A DNA stretch of 64,000 nt, from contig JBBATH010000008.1 in assembly GCA_040398845.1 (NCBI GenBank), positions 17,917 to 81,916 on the forward strand. The letters are read 5' to 3'. The stretch's first letter is position 1. Each line of letters begins with the position of its first letter. Of the stretch, positions 36,942 through 47,565 are shown in pieces. The DNA is from Candidatus Nanopelagicales bacterium (GTDB lineage Bacteria; Actinomycetota; Actinomycetes; S36-B12). Under the pieces are notes generated by a model. The model worked only from the letters and a program-made list of their open reading frames with translations, was not told where the DNA came from and made no database searches. The position numbers and the translations under genes are program-made.

Positions 36942-37796
36942 CTACCGAAGGGCGCTGAGCAGGCGAGCCCAAGAGAGCGATTCGACGACCGCAGCGTTCG
37001 TTGCGAGCGGCCGCAGTTTGCCGTGGAGGTCGCGCAATTTGCCCGCAACCTCTGGCCCCGCGGTCGCCGCGGAGGCAATCCGCTTGAGCCCTGAGTCGTC
37101 TTGTCGGCCCCGTCCGAGACCTACCTCCTGGGTATCGGTGACCCGGTAGTCGATGACGAGCTCCGCATCGATGAGCATGGCGCGTCGGGCGGTCGCGACC
37201 AGGCTCCACCAGCGATCGTGCAGCCAACCTGCGGGGATGGTGAGGTCTGCGAAGCCCGCCGGGCGCAGGGCGCTGGCACCGCCGGTCGCGATCGAATGCC
37301 TGACGGCATAGCGCATCTGCTCAGCAGGTCGCTCGTGATTCCAGTCTCCGATGACGGGAAAGGCGGCGCGCAGCGTTCCGTCGAGCGACTCATTGCGGGC
37401 ATTGATGAGAGTGCCGTCAGATGCAACCATGGTCATCTCGGGACGCATGGCAAGTTGGCACACCTGATGACCGACCCGGGTTGGGTACCACAGGTCGTCA
37501 TGGTCACCGAGGACAGCGACGTCGTATTTCAGGCATGCGCGGATTCCCTGATGGAAATTGTGGGCGATTCGGGTGGTGACGTCCTCGGCACGCGAGGTCG
37601 CCCGGTAGACGCTGGCCCGTCCACCAAGGACCGCGTGGACGATGGATCGGGTGGCATCTGACGAGTTGTCGTCGATCACGACGATGGCTTCAGGCTGGTG
37701 CTCTTGCCCAAGGATGCTGGCAAGAGTCTGCTCGATCCATTGCGCCGAATTACTCGTGACGATCAGCGCTGCAGACGTCAGGTTTTTCGCGCTCAT
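36942..37796 (-). CDS. GT2 glycosyltransferase
   Basis: IDDNSSD, LGDHDDLW, WLHDRW. Confidence 0.85.
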   Translation of the reverse strand: MSAKNLTSAALIVTSNSAQWIEQTLASILGQEHQPEAIVVIDDNSSDATRSIVHAVLGGRASVYRATSRAEDVTTRIAHNFHQGIRACLKYDVAVLGDHDDLWYPTRVGHQVCQLAMRPEMTMVASDGTLINARNESLDGTLRAAFPVIGDWNHERPAEQMRYAVRHSIATGGASALRPAGFADLTIPAGWLHDRWWSLVATARRAMLIDAELVIDYRVTDTQEVGLGRGRQDDSGLKRIASAATAGPEVAGKLRDLHGKLRPLATNAAVVESLSWARLLSALR

Positions 37797-38947
37797 GAAT
37801 GTGATGCCTTCCCCTTCGAGCGCGCTGCGAGGCTCTGGATCAAAGCCTCGTACTCGTCGGTGACGGAGTCCCATTGGTAGACCGCCGCGATTCTCGCGAG
37901 GCATTTGGTGGTGAACTTGGTGACCGTTTCGTCAAGGGCATGAGTGACCAATCGATTGAAGATAGCCGTGAGTTCCGGCGCAGAAGCCCAGAAGAACGCC
38001 TGTCCGTCGGTCACCTCGCGGTTGAACTCGACGTCATACGCGAGGACCGGGACTCCGGCGCCCATGGCACGAAGCAGCGATGGATTGGTTCCTCCGACAC
38101 TGTGGCCGTGAATATATGCGCGGGCGTTTGCGTACAACTGGTCGAGCAACTGCTGGTCATAGATTCCGCCGGTGAAAATGATCCTCGGGTGGTCCTGCGC
38201 CGCCGCCCGCACAGCGTCGATGTAGCCGTGCGAGTAGGGCGCACTCCCGACCACGATGAGCGGCCGGGTCTCGGTGCTCAATCGGTAGGCGCTCACCGCG
38301 TCGAGCACATGGTTTTCCGGTTCGAACCGCGCGACGATGAGGTGGTAACCCTGCTCATCGAGCGAAAACTCTGCGATGCGGTTGCTGCCCGGGGTGATGA
38401 TGTCCGCGCCGTATCGGATGACGACGCTGTCGCGTCCGTACTCCGCCTTCACATGGTCGGCGATTGCTTGTGAATCGGCGATGACCTCGTCGCCCCACAG
38501 CACTGATGCCCGCTCGGCCCAGCGGTAGTAGCGGGCGCCGACACCCCGCCACTTCTCACGTTTCGACTCGAGGCCGTCAAGGTGAATGGCTGTCGGGATA
38601 CCAGCGATCTTCAGCGGCCGAAGGAGTGGCGCATTGCCCGCGTTGAGGAGGAGCACGACATCGGGTCGGTCCTTGATGATCGCGTGGACCGTGCTCACCG
38701 CTGTGTGGCTCAGGGTCTCGGTCATGCGATGGCGCAGGGCTGGCGCATTGACAAGAGTCATCCCGAGATACTCAGTTCGCCGCTGGCCCGGATTACGGCA
38801 GTAGACCGTGACCTCGTAGCCGCGCGATGCCAACCGTCTGCCTATTTCCTCCACGGCGGTCTCAAAGCCCCCGTGGAGCGCCGGCACGCCGCGCGTACCC
38901 ATCAGGGAGACCTTCACGACATCACCGTACTTGCTCAGCGGCCGCAT
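37793..38947 (-). CDS. GT4 glycosyltransferase (DUF1972, WchF/Cps2T-like)
   Basis: GTRGVPALHGGFET, DGLE, VARFEPEN, HGHSVGGTNPSLL. Confidence 0.9.
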   Translation of the reverse strand: MRPLSKYGDVVKVSLMGTRGVPALHGGFETAVEEIGRRLASRGYEVTVYCRNPGQRRTEYLGMTLVNAPALRHRMTETLSHTAVSTVHAIIKDRPDVVLLLNAGNAPLLRPLKIAGIPTAIHLDGLESKREKWRGVGARYYRWAERASVLWGDEVIADSQAIADHVKAEYGRDSVVIRYGADIITPGSNRIAEFSLDEQGYHLIVARFEPENHVLDAVSAYRLSTETRPLIVVGSAPYSHGYIDAVRAAAQDHPRIIFTGGIYDQQLLDQLYANARAYIHGHSVGGTNPSLLRAMGAGVPVLAYDVEFNREVTDGQAFFWASAPELTAIFNRLVTHALDETVTKFTTKCLARIAAVYQWDSVTDEYEALIQSLAARSKGKASHS

Positions 38948-38985
38948 CCCTCCCGTCGGTGGTCCTCGCTGATAACCTTCGGGGC

Positions 38986-39579
38986 GTGCAGACACGTCCA
39001 CTTTCGATCGACGGTGTCTGGGAATTCACCCCCAAACTGCGTCCCGACGACCGGGGTGTGTTCCTCGAATCCTTCAAGGAGTCGGTCCTCGAATCAGCGA
39101 TCGGCCACCCGTTCACCCTGGAGCAGATGAACATCTCCGTCTCGAGGATCGGCACCGTGCGTGGAGTGCATTTCGCGCTCGTCCCACCGGGGCAGGCGAA
39201 GTATGTGCAGTGTTTCTCGGGGCGAATTCTCGACGTCGTCGTCGATATTCGCGATGGATCGCCAACCTTCGGGCAGTGGGACGCAGTCGAACTAGACGAC
39301 GAGAGCCGCAAGGGGTTGTACATCGCTGAGGGGCTCGGGCACGCCTTCTGCGCCCTGTCTGACTCAGCAACCGTCGGCTACCTGTGCTCGACTCTGTACT
39401 CGCCCGGGCGCGAGTTCGGCATCCACCCGCTTGATCCCGCGCTGGGCCTGCCCTGGCCGAGTGGCGCCGAGTCGGTGCTCTCGGAGAAGGACGCGGCCGC
39501 GCCGACCCTCGCAGAGGCGAAGGCCTCTGGCTTGCTCCCCACAGTGGCCGAGTGCCAAGCCTTCGCGGCGACAACATAG
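38986..39579 (+). CDS. rmlC: dTDP-4-dehydrorhamnose 3,5-epimerase
   Basis: DDRGVFLE, GTVRGVHF, GQAKYV, DIRDGSPTFG, GLGHAF. Confidence 0.95.
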   Translation: MQTRPLSIDGVWEFTPKLRPDDRGVFLESFKESVLESAIGHPFTLEQMNISVSRIGTVRGVHFALVPPGQAKYVQCFSGRILDVVVDIRDGSPTFGQWDAVELDDESRKGLYIAEGLGHAFCALSDSATVGYLCSTLYSPGREFGIHPLDPALGLPWPSGAESVLSEKDAAAPTLAEAKASGLLPTVAECQAFAATT

Positions 39580-39589
39580 CCCCAGTCCC

Positions 39590-39678
39590 CCGTTTGTCCC
39601 ATTTCATGGGACGACCAGCACAATCTGGGCAGAAACGGCCACGAATCCGCTTTTTCTCCCAGCTTATGGGACAAACGG
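39590..39678. repeat. 89-bp element with 13-bp terminal inverted repeats and palindromic arms
   Basis: CCGTTTGTCCCAT / ATGGGACAAACGG. Each end also contains TCCCA-N5-TGGGA. Lies between convergent genes. Confidence 0.6.
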
Positions 39679-39689
39679 CGTTTGTTGGG

Positions 39690-41987
39690 TTAGCCGGCTG
39701 GGCCTCTTGTCTTGAGGTTTACGCCCGGAACCTTCGAACGGTCGAGTTTCAGACCCGGCCCTGATGGGACCGCTCCCGCCCACCACGCCAATGCCGTCTG
39801 GTTGAGCGCGTACTCCTCACGTCCGAGCGCATATGACTCCTCAACACCGCCCTTGTCGTAGATACGCCCGTCGGTCCAGCGCAGTTGCATCCCGCGGGTA
39901 TCGCGCGCATGGGCCGCAAGGAAGGTCGCCGCCTGCGTGTCAGGTGCCGAGTAGAGCATCGCAAAGGAGTCAACCCCCGTGAACGTTGCTGGGCGGCGAG
40001 CACCCCACTTGACCCCCTGCGGATAGTAGATCTGGCCGCCCGGTTGGTAGACGATCCCGCCCGGTGCCGCATAGGGCGGTGACGCGAACTTCACGACCGT
40101 CAATGCCCGATACACGATGTCTGCATTGAGGAACAGTGCCTCCGGGACCGAGACCTTTGCGCTGCGCAGCATGCTGGCCGCCCACCACAGATGGAGCACA
40201 TTTTGGATGTAGTCCGGGTTGATGATTCCGTGGTTGGTAATCGTCCCGTCCTCATTCGCGTTCGTCCCCGGAAGGTCTTTGCTGATGTTTACGCCGTTGA
40301 TCACCAAATTATTCTTGAGGTCACTCGGACGGGCGAAGGCTGCGATCGAGTACTCGACGATCGTGCGCCGCCAGGTCTGAGCGCGCTTGTCCCCCGGCAT
40401 CATCGCAAGTGCCAGCGCGGGAGCAGTCAGATCCCACGACACTTCGTCAGCTTTCGAGTTGCCCGGGGAGATTTCAACCCCCGCACGGGTGCGGTAGTAG
40501 TGCGGCCCGCGGGCAGCGACGACATCGGCCTCTGAGGCCACCATCGACGCGATGTAGGCCCGTTCCTGCTTGCTCAGTTCATCCCAGAGCAGCCATCCCG
40601 CCTGCCCAGCCGTAGCGGCCCACAGCGCTGACTGCCACTGCAACCCCCAACCACCGGGGGTGATCGAGGCGTGCTGGCAGGCGATGCTCCGAAGTTGCCA
40701 TCTCGCATAGGCGAGGAGGTCAGCCCTGCTGATGTTCTGCACGTTCTTCCACGTCGAGGTGGTGAGCATGATCGCGGCTGCCTGCGCTGAGTTGGCGCTC
40801 CGGCGAATGGACTCCTCCGCAGTCTTATGGACGCTCAGGGCATCGAAGTACGGTTCGCCCCAACGGTTGGCGAGGCGCAGTGTGTGGTCATTCGTCATGG
40901 CATAGCGCAGGCCGTCCTGAACAGTGGCCTGGATTTCGGCGTACCCCGCCTTTGCTGTGCTCCCGGTGAGTCGGGCAGGAGGGTCGACGCGACGAGCCCA
41001 CTTCAGCGCCTTCGCCTGCGCCACCGAGGATGCAGTCGGGCATTGGTCGACCCCTGTCCCTTGGCTTGCGACAAGGGGAACCTGCCCCGCCTGCATCGGG
41101 ACGGTCAAGGTTGCCGTCTTACGAATCCGGTTGACACCCTCACTGAGAATCCAGGTGTTCCCGCCACGGATCACTCCGGGTGTGTCGGTGCCATCACCAT
41201 TCCAGTCGCCGACGATCGGCACATCGGTGGGCAGTCCGAACGGCATCGCGACGATGGCGGTGTTCGTTGCATCGGCGAATGAAACGTCGACGCCCTTGCT
41301 CACCTTGGGTGGCTTCTTGACCCCCGTGAATTGCAGCGTCCAGACGCCCTGCCTGATCGCCCCTAAGTCATCTCGACCATCGCCATCCCAGTCGCCCACA
41401 ACCGGTATGTCGCCCGCCGCTCCGAAGGTCTCGGTCCGCGTCGTGTTGTCGGTGGAGAGCCGCCAATTCCAGGCACCATCCTTGAATACGCCGATGTCTG
41501 GCTGACGATCGGCATCAATGAGCCCGACCACTGGCAACTCGCCCGCCTGCCCGCCCCACGTTCCCTTCGCCTGCCAAGCGGGGGATCCGACCACGGCGTT
41601 GGTGTAGAACCATCGACCCCGGTCATAGCGACCCGGCGTATCGACTCCATCACCATTCCAGTCGGCCATCAACGGCTGTCCCGATGCGGCCGGCATCCGG
41701 ATCGTGGTGACTTTCGGCGGCATCCCGATTCCGGAGAAGATCGTAAAGACCCCGCTCGAGGCCATGGCTCCCGCCGGAAGTGACGTGGGCGAACCCTGAT
41801 TCGCGCGTGCGGCCTGCTGTTCTACTCCGGCATTCTCGAATCCGAGCCCTGCTGCTGCCGGCATTGCGGGGGCAGGCAACACGACTCCACGGTTGAGCGA
41901 GGGCTGCGCCGCTACCGGCGCCACCTGCACGAGAAGGGCGGCCGCGGCAAGAGCCGCCAGTACGCGTAAGCGAATCAGAGTGTGCAC
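39690..41987 (-). CDS. Secreted protein with FG-GAP/VCBS-like repeats and a helical C-terminal domain
   Basis: Signal peptide; ADWNGDG, GLIDADR, GDWDGDG and GDWNGDG repeats. Confidence 0.7.
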   Translation of the reverse strand: MHTLIRLRVLAALAAAALLVQVAPVAAQPSLNRGVVLPAPAMPAAAGLGFENAGVEQQAARANQGSPTSLPAGAMASSGVFTIFSGIGMPPKVTTIRMPAASGQPLMADWNGDGVDTPGRYDRGRWFYTNAVVGSPAWQAKGTWGGQAGELPVVGLIDADRQPDIGVFKDGAWNWRLSTDNTTRTETFGAAGDIPVVGDWDGDGRDDLGAIRQGVWTLQFTGVKKPPKVSKGVDVSFADATNTAIVAMPFGLPTDVPIVGDWNGDGTDTPGVIRGGNTWILSEGVNRIRKTATLTVPMQAGQVPLVASQGTGVDQCPTASSVAQAKALKWARRVDPPARLTGSTAKAGYAEIQATVQDGLRYAMTNDHTLRLANRWGEPYFDALSVHKTAEESIRRSANSAQAAAIMLTTSTWKNVQNISRADLLAYARWQLRSIACQHASITPGGWGLQWQSALWAATAGQAGWLLWDELSKQERAYIASMVASEADVVAARGPHYYRTRAGVEISPGNSKADEVSWDLTAPALALAMMPGDKRAQTWRRTIVEYSIAAFARPSDLKNNLVINGVNISKDLPGTNANEDGTITNHGIINPDYIQNVLHLWWAASMLRSAKVSVPEALFLNADIVYRALTVVKFASPPYAAPGGIVYQPGGQIYYPQGVKWGARRPATFTGVDSFAMLYSAPDTQAATFLAAHARDTRGMQLRWTDGRIYDKGGVEESYALGREEYALNQTALAWWAGAVPSGPGLKLDRSKVPGVNLKTRGPAG

Positions 41988-44011
41988 TCTTGGCACAGGA
42001 CGGTCGACCGCATTGGCACCTTCACAAGGGTCACCCTGTCCGGGTGCTGTCGCTTCAGCGTGGCGAGTTGCTCGCCCGAAACCCCTCGAAACCAAAGAAG
42101 GGCGAGATCAAACTTCGGGTGAAGGCCGAGGGCGAAGTCGACGTAGGTGACAGTCTCCTCGGTGTAGGGGAACGGCGGCAAACCGCGGTAGAACTGATGA
42201 TCGTCCTTGCTCAACACGCGGTTGAGTGAGGCGACCCACATGTTCACGAGGACCCCTGAGCCGTCCCAGAGCATCGTGGTCTTGCCCGGGTAGGGCATCG
42301 CGGCGTCGCGAGCTCGAATGATCGCCTCGCCCACGAGGTAGTTGTCAGCGCTGCCTGCACGGGCAGCCCCGGCGGCGAGACCAGGTGCGCTGCCGAACCC
42401 GGATGCGAATCCGCTCGGAGTTGACCCGACGTAGCCAAAACTCGTGACGCCGACCAGTGCGATGACACAGCCGACGATGACGGCGTTGAAGCGGTTCACC
42501 GACAGCGCCGTGCTCGGGTCAAGGACCCGGCGCTTCATCGCTGCGAGGACAAGGGCGATCCCGATGCCCGCACCGGCGGCGAACATTGGTGCGTTCACGA
42601 GAAGGAGGGCGTTCAGGGTCTTGAGCACGTAGTAACTACCAAGGCGAGAGAGACCCGCAGAGTCAGCCGCGCTCATCGTGAGCCACAGGAAGGCGCATAT
42701 CGCGACACTCGGGCCTGCGATTGCGATGGCGAGGGGCCGACGATGGCTGCGGATCAGGATGATGGCGACCAGAACGGCGATGATCGGACTCACGATCGCA
42801 GCGCCCATATTGAACGGGGTCATTCCAGCGCCGATGGCGCCCAGATCCTCCATGAAGCTACTCGAGGCTCCAGGGTCGACGTCAACAATTGCACGGCTTT
42901 GCAGGTAGACGGTGCCGAGGACGATTGCGCCGCTTGCGACGGCCCACACTGGGGCGAGCCACAGCCGAGTGCGCCCGAGGGCGATGAGGACGATGACCGC
43001 CGACGGAACGAGCCCGAGAACAAGTGGGGTCCACAGGGCGTTCACCGCCAGGGCACCCAACGGTATGAGGATCCACCCGAGCACCCGAGCACTGCGCCAT
43101 GAACGCGCCGACAGATATGCCGTCACGGTGGTGGCGGCGACAGCCATCATGAAGTTCGTGAACCCGGAATTGAACAGTTGAGTGGGGCTGCCGAGAAGTG
43201 CGAATGCTGCGAAGGCCAGCACCGCAATGGTCGGTGCCGACCGCCGGACGAACCGGCTTCGCACCCCAACCAGCGGAGTGCAGCGCCTGGTGAGGTCACC
43301 GGCAACCCACGCGAGCGCGGCGAGACTGAGGGCGAAGCTGATACCCGTCCACTGGACATAGGGCCACAGGAGCCCCGGGCGGTCAAGGATCTCGGAGCCG
43401 CTTTGACTGGCGAGTTGGGCGAGCGACCACATCGTGGAGTGGAGCGACGGGTACCACTGGTTCCAGGCGGTCGTGCCGTCGAAGGTCGGCCAGGTGGTGC
43501 TCCCCACTTCGATCGTGTTCGCGAACGGGGTGAAGTGCCCTTGGTTATCCCAGCCAGTGAAGAACAGGCCGCTCACGATTTCGAATGAGTTGCGCCCGAT
43601 GTAGGCCGCCATCAGCCACAGTGCCGTTCCGGCAGCGAAGATGCCGATGAGGACGTCTGGCAAGGTTGGCTTGATCAGTCGCGTCATGCGCCCCGGTCCA
43701 ACAAGGCTCAGACCCACGGCGACTGCGGTGAACAAGCTGAGTGCCGCGTGAGCAGAAACCGGGTTGATCGGCAGGCTGCTTGCGCGAGGGAAGGCCATCG
43801 CTGTGACGCCAAGTGCGATGAGCAGGGAGATGAACCCGCGCTCGGCTAATCCACGCCCCCACGGCGGAGCGATCACGAGCATGACCGCGCACGCGACAAA
43901 CCCCACCGGTGGGAACACCCAGAGCAGGGCGACCGCAAAAATTGTGGCGCCGGCCAGGACCAGACACTGTCCTTTGGTGCGCGGAACGACCAGTTTCGGG
44001 ATCATCATCAC
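41975..44011 (-). CDS. Polytopic membrane protein, GT-C-like
   Basis: About 14 TM segments, a GWDNQGH loop and a WYP motif; glycan locus context. Confidence 0.55.
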   Translation of the reverse strand: MMMIPKLVVPRTKGQCLVLAGATIFAVALLWVFPPVGFVACAVMLVIAPPWGRGLAERGFISLLIALGVTAMAFPRASSLPINPVSAHAALSLFTAVAVGLSLVGPGRMTRLIKPTLPDVLIGIFAAGTALWLMAAYIGRNSFEIVSGLFFTGWDNQGHFTPFANTIEVGSTTWPTFDGTTAWNQWYPSLHSTMWSLAQLASQSGSEILDRPGLLWPYVQWTGISFALSLAALAWVAGDLTRRCTPLVGVRSRFVRRSAPTIAVLAFAAFALLGSPTQLFNSGFTNFMMAVAATTVTAYLSARSWRSARVLGWILIPLGALAVNALWTPLVLGLVPSAVIVLIALGRTRLWLAPVWAVASGAIVLGTVYLQSRAIVDVDPGASSSFMEDLGAIGAGMTPFNMGAAIVSPIIAVLVAIILIRSHRRPLAIAIAGPSVAICAFLWLTMSAADSAGLSRLGSYYVLKTLNALLLVNAPMFAAGAGIGIALVLAAMKRRVLDPSTALSVNRFNAVIVGCVIALVGVTSFGYVGSTPSGFASGFGSAPGLAAGAARAGSADNYLVGEAIIRARDAAMPYPGKTTMLWDGSGVLVNMWVASLNRVLSKDDHQFYRGLPPFPYTEETVTYVDFALGLHPKFDLALLWFRGVSGEQLATLKRQHPDRVTLVKVPMRSTVLCQECTL

Positions 44012-45936
44012 CGCGTAAAGCTCATGGTGACGTCGACGGGTGCATCTTGAACGGCACTGACCTCACTCGTTCTTCCGGTGATTTGCATGCCATCTCCAGG
44101 CACTGGATCCCAGCCTTCGGGCGCCGTCACCCGAACGGTGAGGGTTGAGTTGCGAAAGAGGGATTGCGGCTCAGCCCTCAGGAAGTACACAAGCGGACCT
44201 CCGCCTCCCCCGAAGGTGCCGGAGGGCAGATCGTAGGAGACGGAGACGGTGGTCTGCCCCCCGGGCGGCGTCCAGCCGACCATGCGAACGATCTTTTGCC
44301 CGTTACCGTCATTCGCGAAGCCGCGGCCGTACTGCTGATGGTTCTTGAAGGACCTAATGGCAAACCCCTGCGGATAGTTAGGGACGTAGTTCGTGGCTTT
44401 GTCGGGCACGTACATGATGTAAGCATTCTTCAGCCAACTCGTCTCGTAGCCAACTCGCTCAGGCGGTCCTTCGGGACGCTCCGGGGGAGTTGCGTTCGTG
44501 ACATTCATCTGCTGGGTGACTTGAGCCGATCCGTCATCGGCAAGTTGCACCGAAACAAGCACGTTTCGCTCCTGAAAAACATCCACTTTGCTCTGATTTC
44601 CATTTTGCGTATAAACCGCTGACCAGTCTCCAAAGCCAGGATCAACGACCTGTCCACCAGCGCCACTCTTGAAGATGACCGACTCAAAATCAGGATCACG
44701 CAACCACACCTGAAAGTGCCGACCCGGGGCCGTACCAGCAATGGCCTTTGCTGCGGTGACGAGGTCGTCGCCCGACAGAAGCTTGGTAAGGAGGTCATCG
44801 AGGAGTTGCTGGTTTGCGACTTGGCGGGCCTGCGCCTCATCCTGCCCGAACTGCTCATAGGCGTCGATCAGGAGTATCTTGCCGAGTTGGTCTCCGGTGA
44901 CCTCACCGTACGTCTCTGATTGGATGGGCCCGAGCGAGTTCAAGACCGCTGCGATTGCCGTGAGATCCATGGTCATCACACCGTCGACCTCGGGGAAGCC
45001 CCCACCCACCCAGGCACCAGCCATCTCACGTCCAGCAAAGGTGAGGGACGGGTGGGTGTTTGTCACCACCATCGGCTCCTTGCGTGGATTCTTCGGGAAG
45101 AACGGGTTCATTGACGGTCCCCACCACTTGACCTTCGCGTTTATTGGCGGAAACAGTTGGGTGCTCGTCTGCCCCTTGATCGGAATCGAGATTCGTCCTT
45201 GATCGAACTCGACGAGAACGAGCGACAAAGGGGCACCCCCGGAAGCCCGCATCTCGGCCTGATTGCCGATCGCAATGAGGTAGCGCTTCACCCCGTTCGC
45301 ACCAAGAGCGTCCGGGAGTTGGGGGGCGAGATCGACGAGCACGCTGATCGCGTCTTGTACGGGCGCCACCTCCCCCAGCGCCTTGCGCTGCACTCTCGCC
45401 AACGTTCCCGCCAAGGGACCGCTCGTCTCAATATCCCTGAGGGCCTTGGCGCTGCTCTTGATCCCAAGGTTGATGGCGGCCACTCGGGGCGGCAGCTCGC
45501 GCAACCTTGCCACGTCGATTGCCCCGTCATTGAAGATCTTTCGGGACCCGTCCTCACCCGACAGATCCCCGAACAAACTGAGAAGTTCGCCCGTACTCCC
45601 AGCGATGTCGGAAGTCGCCCCACCGAGGCGTCTCCAGTTGTCGATTGCTGTTCCCACCCCTGGGACAATGCTCAGCACTCCTAGGTGAGGTCCCTGGGCC
45701 GAGGATGAAATCCTCGAGGCTGCGGTCTCCACCTGAGCGAAGTCAGCCTGAGCCCCCGCGTATTGTCCCCCGGTTATCTGATCAACCGTCCCGTTGAGGC
45801 TTGTCAGGAATGTGCCGGCGCCGACACCCAGCGTCGCGAGAGACCCGAGGAAGGCGAGTTGAATCCACAGCACAACACCACCGGCAACGAGCGCCGCTGC
45901 CAGACCAACCACGGTCTTCGCTGATGGCGGGCTCAC
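44008..45936 (-). CDS. DUF4012 domain protein
   Basis: KRYLIAIGNQAEMRASGG, VDGVMTMD, QSKVDVF; one N-terminal TM. Confidence 0.85.
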   Translation of the reverse strand: MSPPSAKTVVGLAAALVAGGVVLWIQLAFLGSLATLGVGAGTFLTSLNGTVDQITGGQYAGAQADFAQVETAASRISSSAQGPHLGVLSIVPGVGTAIDNWRRLGGATSDIAGSTGELLSLFGDLSGEDGSRKIFNDGAIDVARLRELPPRVAAINLGIKSSAKALRDIETSGPLAGTLARVQRKALGEVAPVQDAISVLVDLAPQLPDALGANGVKRYLIAIGNQAEMRASGGAPLSLVLVEFDQGRISIPIKGQTSTQLFPPINAKVKWWGPSMNPFFPKNPRKEPMVVTNTHPSLTFAGREMAGAWVGGGFPEVDGVMTMDLTAIAAVLNSLGPIQSETYGEVTGDQLGKILLIDAYEQFGQDEAQARQVANQQLLDDLLTKLLSGDDLVTAAKAIAGTAPGRHFQVWLRDPDFESVIFKSGAGGQVVDPGFGDWSAVYTQNGNQSKVDVFQERNVLVSVQLADDGSAQVTQQMNVTNATPPERPEGPPERVGYETSWLKNAYIMYVPDKATNYVPNYPQGFAIRSFKNHQQYGRGFANDGNGQKIVRMVGWTPPGGQTTVSVSYDLPSGTFGGGGGPLVYFLRAEPQSLFRNSTLTVRVTAPEGWDPVPGDGMQITGRTSEVSAVQDAPVDVTMSFTR

Positions 45937-45998
45937 CCTGTGAGTATATGAAGCCCCCGGGGATTGGGGTCCAAGGACGGGCTCTGGTCAGGCGATGG

Positions 45999-47498
45999 CT
46001 AGTAGGCGCCGTCACCCACAAGCACTGCTTTCACTGTCTTGGCGACGATAACTATGTCAAGTGCCGGCGACCAATGCTCCACGTAGTCCAGGTCAAGGCG
46101 CATGCGCTCCTCCCAGTCGACACTCTTGCGTCCCGACACCTGCCACAGTCCGGTCAGGCCCGGCTTGGTGAGGTGACGCCGGTGGTCGGCATCCGCGAAG
46201 AGGGGGAGTTCGTCCACGAGGACGGGACGGGGGCCGACAAGGGACATAGAGCCGGCGATGACATTCACGACCTGGGGCATCTCATCAATTGACCAACGGC
46301 GTAGGAACCGGCCAACCTTGGTGATACGCGGATCCGCCCTGTAGCGAGCGGCGATATCAGCATCCGGGGCCCCAATGACGGCCTGTCGCTCCTGATCTGC
46401 GCCCACCCGCATGGTTCGCAATTTCAGAACCGTGATGAGCTGGCCACCTCGCCCCACGCGCTCCTGAGTATAGAAAATCGGGCCCCGGCTCGTGAGTTTG
46501 GTAACGAGTCCACCTACGAGCATGAACGGCAGAAACGCCATAAACAGGGTGACGCCGAACAGAATGTCGAGTGAGCGCTTGATCGCCCGCTTGGGCCCAG
46601 TGAGGTGCGGCTCGTCAAGGTGCAGCAGCGGCAGATCGGCCGCCATTCGCATGCTCACCCGAGGCCCCGCCACATCGCCAATCGCGGGGGCGACGAGGAG
46701 GTCGACACGGGGCCCCTCTAGACGCCAGGCCAACCGTTGAACGACCCGCTGGCCGAGTGCCGGTGAGCTGGCAACCGCCACGGTGTCAGCATCCTCGAGG
46801 GAGATTCTCGTCATCACTTCGTCGAGCCACACCTCAAGTCCCGCATCGTCGACATCCGCCGCTGGCTCATCCACGACATCGACGACCGTGAACCCGGCAA
46901 CCGGGTCACGATCGAGCATGTCGACGATCTCTGATTTCGTGGGCTCGGCTCCGACAACGATCGTGCGGTGCAGGAAGTGGCCGTAGCGGCGCTCGTGACG
47001 CAACCAGCCGCGAAGCGCCCAACGCACGACGAGAAGCAGGGTGAGCCCAACGACGAAGGTGATGACCACGAAACCGCGGGAAAGTTCGAGCTTGAGCACG
47101 AACACGACGATGGCGACCGCTCCGAACACTGTCGCGGTCGCCGACACCACACGCTTGAACTCCTCCGAGCCCACGCCCAGCATGCGAGTGTCGTAGGCAC
47201 CTCGCAGGACCAGGACGCACAGCCACGAGAGCACCACGATAAAGACGAGAGAGATATACGTTGGATCGTTGATCTCGACGTTGAACGGAATCGCCCAACG
47301 AAGGATGAATCCGGTAAGCCCAGCAAAGGTGATGGCGAGCACGTCCCAGATCACGGCCCGGGTCGCATACACCCGCAGGGGATCGCGCCGAAGGTGCGGC
47401 CGATCACGATGCGATTGCCCCCCGGACCAACCAAACCGCACCGAAGCCGTGGAAACCTCAGCCTTGGCCGGCAAGGCCTGTCGATCCTCGAGCGCCAT
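45999..47498 (-). CDS. Priming polyprenyl-phosphate glycosyl-1-phosphate transferase (WcaJ/CpsE family)
   Basis: N-terminal TMs; KRSLDI, DPRITKVGRFLRRWSIDEMPQ, MSLVGPRP, KPGLTGLWQVSGR. Confidence 0.95.
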   Translation of the reverse strand: MALEDRQALPAKAEVSTASVRFGWSGGQSHRDRPHLRRDPLRVYATRAVIWDVLAITFAGLTGFILRWAIPFNVEINDPTYISLVFIVVLSWLCVLVLRGAYDTRMLGVGSEEFKRVVSATATVFGAVAIVVFVLKLELSRGFVVITFVVGLTLLLVVRWALRGWLRHERRYGHFLHRTIVVGAEPTKSEIVDMLDRDPVAGFTVVDVVDEPAADVDDAGLEVWLDEVMTRISLEDADTVAVASSPALGQRVVQRLAWRLEGPRVDLLVAPAIGDVAGPRVSMRMAADLPLLHLDEPHLTGPKRAIKRSLDILFGVTLFMAFLPFMLVGGLVTKLTSRGPIFYTQERVGRGGQLITVLKLRTMRVGADQERQAVIGAPDADIAARYRADPRITKVGRFLRRWSIDEMPQVVNVIAGSMSLVGPRPVLVDELPLFADADHRRHLTKPGLTGLWQVSGRKSVDWEERMRLDLDYVEHWSPALDIVIVAKTVKAVLVGDGAY

Positions 47499-47565
47499 CA
47501 GTCACCTCCGTCTTCGCCCCGCCGAGCGGGGCCGGTCGCTTACGCGCACCGGCCACCGCATCAGC

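Noticed and set aside
41190-41670. Repeated CCAGTCG(C/G)CC-like DNA motifs as a CRISPR or repeat array
   Set aside because: They encode GDW-x-GDG protein repeats, with irregular spacing and no cas genes.
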